40,080 nt of DNA from a virus (Duplodnaviria; Caudoviricetes), in IMG/VR virus record IMGVR_UViG_3300017700_000307, positions 1 to 40,080 of that record. The stretch is one strand, 5' to 3'. How positions within the stretch are numbered: the first letter of the stretch is position 1; the number at the start of each line of letters is the position of its first letter. The notes beneath the pieces were generated by a model. That model was not told the origin of the DNA, made no database searches, and saw only the letters and a list, made by a program, of their open reading frames with translations. The position numbers and the translations under genes are program-made. This document shows positions 36,210 to 40,080 of this stretch, piece by piece.

Positions 36210-36534
36210 AATAGAACACGACCATGCCTTCAGCGCCGGTAGGGCGCGCCGAGCCCTCAGGCAAGAACATCACGCGCCCGTCGGTTTGTGCAGATCCTGC
36301 GTGGTGGAGATAGGCGCCGCGTGTGGACCGGAAGATGTCGCCGGTTAGCGTGCCGCCAGTGGAAAGCAGGTAGGTGCCGGTGCTGCCTACACGGTCGAAC
36401 GTGTCGCGGCATACAGATGCGACGTACCGAATTGCTTCATTCAAACCACCCGGCGAACACCCCTCAGCAACATTCGTGCCGCCAATCGTTACGTTAGCAG
36501 ATGGAGTAAGAGAGAACTCACTAGCACTTGGCAT
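36202..36534 (-). CDS. Hypothetical tail-associated protein
   Basis: 110 aa; N.AEGC.P...N.AIR and GGTLTG motifs seen in tail-fiber N-termini. Confidence 0.55.
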   Translation of the reverse strand: MPSASEFSLTPSANVTIGGTNVAEGCSPGGLNEAIRYVASVCRDTFDRVGSTGTYLLSTGGTLTGDIFRSTRGAYLHHAGSAQTDGRVMFLPEGSARPTGAEGMVVFYYA

Positions 36535-36569
36535 TATACTTACTCCCGAGATCTGCTATACCATACGGC

Positions 36570-36758
36570 ATGTCATGGGGCATCATACTAGGTATTGCGC
36601 TGAAAGGCGCGCTATTCGAACTCTACCATCAATGGTCATTGCGTCGCCAACTGCGAACCAGCACCGGCAAGCATGGGCGCACCGAACAGCCCGCCAATGC
36701 GCGCCCGGTTCGCTATGCCGTTACCAGCGCGGATCGCAAACTCAGGGCGATCGAGTAG
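36570..36758 (+). CDS. Possible small antisense membrane protein
   Basis: MSWGIILGIALKGALFELY...; TGCTATACC extended -10 seven nt upstream; 3' part overlaps ejection gene. Confidence 0.35.
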   Translation: MSWGIILGIALKGALFELYHQWSLRRQLRTSTGKHGRTEQPANARPVRYAVTSADRKLRAIE

Positions 36759-39200
36759 CAGTTTAACGGCAGCGCGTTGAGCTACCTTAGAGCCGCCCAA
36801 TCCCAAAGCTGCCGCAAGGCCTAGCGTGCCGTATCCAGCGCCTTCAGCACCATTAGCGGCATAACCGGTGCCGCCTACACCAAGCGTAGCGAGGCCGGCG
36901 GTTAGGGCCGCGCGTCCTGCCGTACCGCTATCTGCGACCTTGCTGGTAAGAACCTTTTGACCAGCGCGAGTCAGATCATAAAAAGGCTGGTTGGTGGTGC
37001 CATGCGAGTTGCCGTATTTCTTGGAATTGGCAGCCGCCGCGTCAGCAAGCTGCGAAGGTGCAAACACTCCCGGCTCACCTACGCGTGTCCCAGTACGTGC
37101 GGCGTTCACTGCTGCCCGTAGAATCTCTACGTTCCGATTAGCCTTGTTTGCGGCATTGTAGGCAGGAAGCGTACCCGGTGACTGGCGGTTAAGCAGCCCT
37201 TCGAATGCGCCTTCACCCTGCTGCATAACGTCGCCAAAGTCTGAACCGTTTGGCAGCGGCGCGTTATTTCCCGCCTCCCGACGGAAACGACGAATTCCCT
37301 GCTGGAATCCATCGCCAGTGAGGTTGCCGGTATTGTCAAAGTTTTCGAAACCCCGCTTAAGCGTGAAATCGGCGCGTCCGGCAAGATCTTCCGGCAACTC
37401 TCGCCCCGCCTGCACTGCGCCACCATAGTCACCAAGAAATGGCTGATCGATCTGGAGGTTAACCGGGTCTAGCGCATCGCTATACGACTGCGATCGAGCG
37501 CCGCGAGCAATGTCAACGCCCTGCTCGCGAATGACGCCACCAGTGCTTTCACCCGGCTTTAGACCCGGCATGATGGGCGCAAGGCCTTCGTCAAAACCAG
37601 CCTGATTGAAGCCTTCGAAGCCCTCTAGGCGACGGGCATTGGTCATCGTTCCAAGGCCGGGGAGGCCGGTGGTAAGGTCTTCCGCCGTTTTGATAGCTGC
37701 ACCTAGACGGCCCGATTGCGATACAGCCTGACCAACTGTAGTGGGCACTCCGCGGGCGCGCAGTAGCTGCACGCTAGGATCTTGGACACCACGCAGCAGA
37801 TTACCGGCCCCACGCGCCAAACCTCGCCCAGCAGCGCCGCCAGCCAAACCGCCGACACCACCGCCCAGCGCGCCTAGCACACGGCTCTGGTCTGGCCCAT
37901 CAGCCGAACCCGCACCATAAGCCGCACCATACAGAGCGTCACCGCCCAATGCAGCCGCACCGGCACCCAGACCCGCACGCGCCAATCCCAGTTCGGCACC
38001 GCCGGCAGCCAACGCACCACCCGTCACGGTCCCCGCCAACGAAGCGCCTGGATACTGCTGCTGGCTGTAATCGATCGCCAGTTTGGATTGCCCGCCTGCG
38101 ATGTTGTCGAGCGTTCCAGCGGTCAAAGCATCAGCGGCGTTGATAGCATAGGCACCACCCGCCGAGTCCGCCAGCGAGCCTAGTGCCTTACCAACACCCC
38201 CACGCGTATCATCCGCAACCGGGGGCGCGAAGTTCAGCCGCCCACGCTTGGCGATAGCAGCGATAGTCGCGGGATCTGAAAAGGTCTGGAACCCATTGTC
38301 GGACAGCAGGCGGTTAAGTTCCTGCACACCCGCACCCTTGGTGTAGGCGTCGGAGAGCTTCTTGGACATCGCCACGCCTGCCGCATTCGCGAATGTGCTA
38401 CCACCACCCGAGCCGCCAGAGATACCGCCGCCAGTCGTGCCGACGTTGTAGCCTTCTGGGCCGCTGGGGTTTTGTGGCGTAGTGCCTGCGCCGGGGATCA
38501 TTGCTGCTTGAGGCTGCTGGTTCTGCTGGCCTGTCTGCTGCGCTCGACGTGCGCTACCCATAGAATCGGCAATACCCTGCAAGCGCTCAATCTTGGCGAG
38601 GATACGCGCATCCCTGTCACCGGCCTGCGGAATATACGGACCAACGGCGCGTGCCACTTCGCCCGGGGTATTAAGCTGCGATGCGGTAAGGTTTAGTGCC
38701 GGGCCGATAAGAGCCGCTGCCGCATTGCCCGCATCGTTCGCCAATCCGTTAGCATCGGTAGGCAGGTAATCAGTGAGGCCCGCGATGCCTTTTGTTTTCA
38801 GAGGGCCCGCCTCGAAAACCTTCCTCATCGTATCGATAGCGCGCTGAAGGTTCTCGCGCTTAGTGACGTTGGCATCGGGAGCCGCAACCTCGCGGCGCGA
38901 CTTTTCCAGAGCCAAGCGGGAGGCCTCAGCGTCAATCTCAGCCTTATTCGTATCCGCCGCCGCCTGCCGTGGTGCATATGGCGCGCGTGCGGCATCCATA
39001 GCAATCTGCTGCGCCGTCCGCTGGTTGCTCAACTGAGCCCCGCCCAACTCCACACCTTGCCGCGCCGCCTGCACCGGATTAGGCGCAACCACGCTACCAC
39101 CGCCCTGCTGTGGTGCAGGCGAGGCCAACGAAACAGGATTGCCCGCTTCATCGATATTCCAGATGTTACCGGCTTCGTCGCGTGCCTGTGCCTGTGCCAT
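36636..39200 (-). CDS. Large internal virion (DNA ejection) protein
   Basis: 854 aa, A/G-rich with hydrophobic glycine-rich stretches; podovirus position. Confidence 0.7.
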   Translation of the reverse strand: MAQAQARDEAGNIWNIDEAGNPVSLASPAPQQGGGSVVAPNPVQAARQGVELGGAQLSNQRTAQQIAMDAARAPYAPRQAAADTNKAEIDAEASRLALEKSRREVAAPDANVTKRENLQRAIDTMRKVFEAGPLKTKGIAGLTDYLPTDANGLANDAGNAAAALIGPALNLTASQLNTPGEVARAVGPYIPQAGDRDARILAKIERLQGIADSMGSARRAQQTGQQNQQPQAAMIPGAGTTPQNPSGPEGYNVGTTGGGISGGSGGGSTFANAAGVAMSKKLSDAYTKGAGVQELNRLLSDNGFQTFSDPATIAAIAKRGRLNFAPPVADDTRGGVGKALGSLADSAGGAYAINAADALTAGTLDNIAGGQSKLAIDYSQQQYPGASLAGTVTGGALAAGGAELGLARAGLGAGAAALGGDALYGAAYGAGSADGPDQSRVLGALGGGVGGLAGGAAGRGLARGAGNLLRGVQDPSVQLLRARGVPTTVGQAVSQSGRLGAAIKTAEDLTTGLPGLGTMTNARRLEGFEGFNQAGFDEGLAPIMPGLKPGESTGGVIREQGVDIARGARSQSYSDALDPVNLQIDQPFLGDYGGAVQAGRELPEDLAGRADFTLKRGFENFDNTGNLTGDGFQQGIRRFRREAGNNAPLPNGSDFGDVMQQGEGAFEGLLNRQSPGTLPAYNAANKANRNVEILRAAVNAARTGTRVGEPGVFAPSQLADAAAANSKKYGNSHGTTNQPFYDLTRAGQKVLTSKVADSGTAGRAALTAGLATLGVGGTGYAANGAEGAGYGTLGLAAALGLGGSKVAQRAAVKLLLDRPEFAIRAGNGIANRARIGGLFGAPMLAGAGSQLATQ

Positions 39201-39595
39201 TATACCCCCATGCGCCGAAGGATGTTATCGGCGTAAGCATTAGTCTTCGGTCCCCAGAGGCGTCGGTTAGGGCCTCCGTGGTATCGCATTAGCCCATCGC
39301 GTACGTTGCCGGTAGCGTTAAGGGATTCCTCAAGATAGCCTTGACCAAGCGCCTTCTGATAATTGACCGCGGCTTCCGACGTACCCGACATGAGATCCGG
39401 CCTCCACGGAACGCCTAGCTTTTTGGCGACACCAGCGGCGGTCGCAGGCAACATCTGAGTCATGCCCTGTGCCTGCCCGTACTGTGTCATCGGCCCCGAG
39501 ATACCCGCACGCCCTCCGCTTTCCTGCTTGATGAGGTGCGGCAGGATGTCAGCGGACTGGAAAGGTACGCGCCCCTTGCGAGGGCGCACCTCCAC
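39200..39595 (-). CDS. Lytic transglycosylase (SLT-like) domain; start uncertain
   Basis: QESGG catalytic Glu, AQGMTQMLPATA, YL...G...MRYHGGP. Confidence 0.82.
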   Translation of the reverse strand: MEVRPRKGRVPFQSADILPHLIKQESGGRAGISGPMTQYGQAQGMTQMLPATAAGVAKKLGVPWRPDLMSGTSEAAVNYQKALGQGYLEESLNATGNVRDGLMRYHGGPNRRLWGPKTNAYADNILRRMGV

Positions 39596-40080
39596 CTAGC
39601 GGGGTGAGTTTGCCGACTGGGGCAGCGGGGGGCATGCCACTAGGTGCGCCCATACCCATTGAAGGCGGTGTCACCCATCGGCCACCGCCCGCGCCGTCGG
39701 ACACGAAGTTCGGGGCAGGGGAGGCAAGGGTCTGGGCGCGCTGAAGGTATAGCGCCTTGGCCTGGGGCGAGGCGGGATCAATGCCACCCGCTACCAGCGC
39801 ACGCGTAAACGTGTCATCAGCCGGCGCCTTAGGGTGTGCGGCCTCGTACTGCTGCTTGCGCTCCCAATCCGTATACTCATCGGTGCGGCGCTGCTGATAC
39901 TGCTGCGCTTCAGCCGCTGCTTGCTTCTGCCGAGCCAGACCCGGCAAGAACGTCCCTTGACCACCTCCCCACTGCGATAGAGTGTCACCCAGCGTACCGA
40001 TGATAAGCTGCGCGGTTGACGGCTTCTTGTACGTCGGAACCACGGCATCCCGAGCGACGGGCCCCGTTCCAGGTGCAGAA
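39549..40080 (-). CDS. 3' part of junction-spanning internal virion protein (starts at 197)
   Basis: Open frame continuous with 1..197 through the terminal repeat. Confidence 0.75.
   Translation of the reverse strand, partial: SAPGTGPVARDAVVPTYKKPSTAQLIIGTLGDTLSQWGGGQGTFLPGLARQKQAAAEAQQYQQRRTDEYTDWERKQQYEAAHPKAPADDTFTRALVAGGIDPASPQAKALYLQRAQTLASPAPNFVSDGAGGGRWVTPPSMGMGAPSGMPPAAPVGKLTPLGGGAPSQGARTFPVR
39958..40080. repeat. Terminal direct repeat, copy 2
   Basis: Identical to 1-123. Confidence 0.97.

Noticed and set aside
1-40080. tRNA genes, integrase/att site, tape measure protein, DNA or RNA polymerase
   Set aside because: None recognised by eye; intergenic space is minimal; tRNAscan and HMM searches are needed to be definitive

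Overview
The window is an essentially complete, circular ~39.96 kb tailed dsDNA phage genome. Bases 1-123 are repeated exactly at 39958-40080, and one ORF reads in frame across the junction. The organisation is podovirus-like: ~720 aa portal, scaffold, 320 aa capsid, adaptor and tail-tube genes, ejection proteins, a beta-helix tailspike and a GH108 endolysin, with no tape measure. GapR-like and GcrA-like genes point to an alphaproteobacterial host (inference). Nearly all genes are on the minus strand; a block of small genes (28313-31570) runs on the plus strand from a divergent promoter region. Replication genes are a primase-helicase followed by an iteron-like repeat tract, an SSB-like protein, a PD-(D/E)XK nuclease and a RusA-like resolvase. 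I found no integrase, CI-type repressor, DNA polymerase or tRNA. The most striking element is a 277-aa intein in the terminase nuclease domain. Its in-frame centre has no endonuclease motifs, while an intact HNH/zinc-finger endonuclease is encoded entirely inside it in a different reading frame. Other oddities are a ~360 bp structured insert in the tail operon, a possible +1 frameshift into a lytic transglycosylase, two RNA-ligase-like genes and several leaderless-looking promoters. All protein calls come from reading motifs and synteny by eye; no searches were run.
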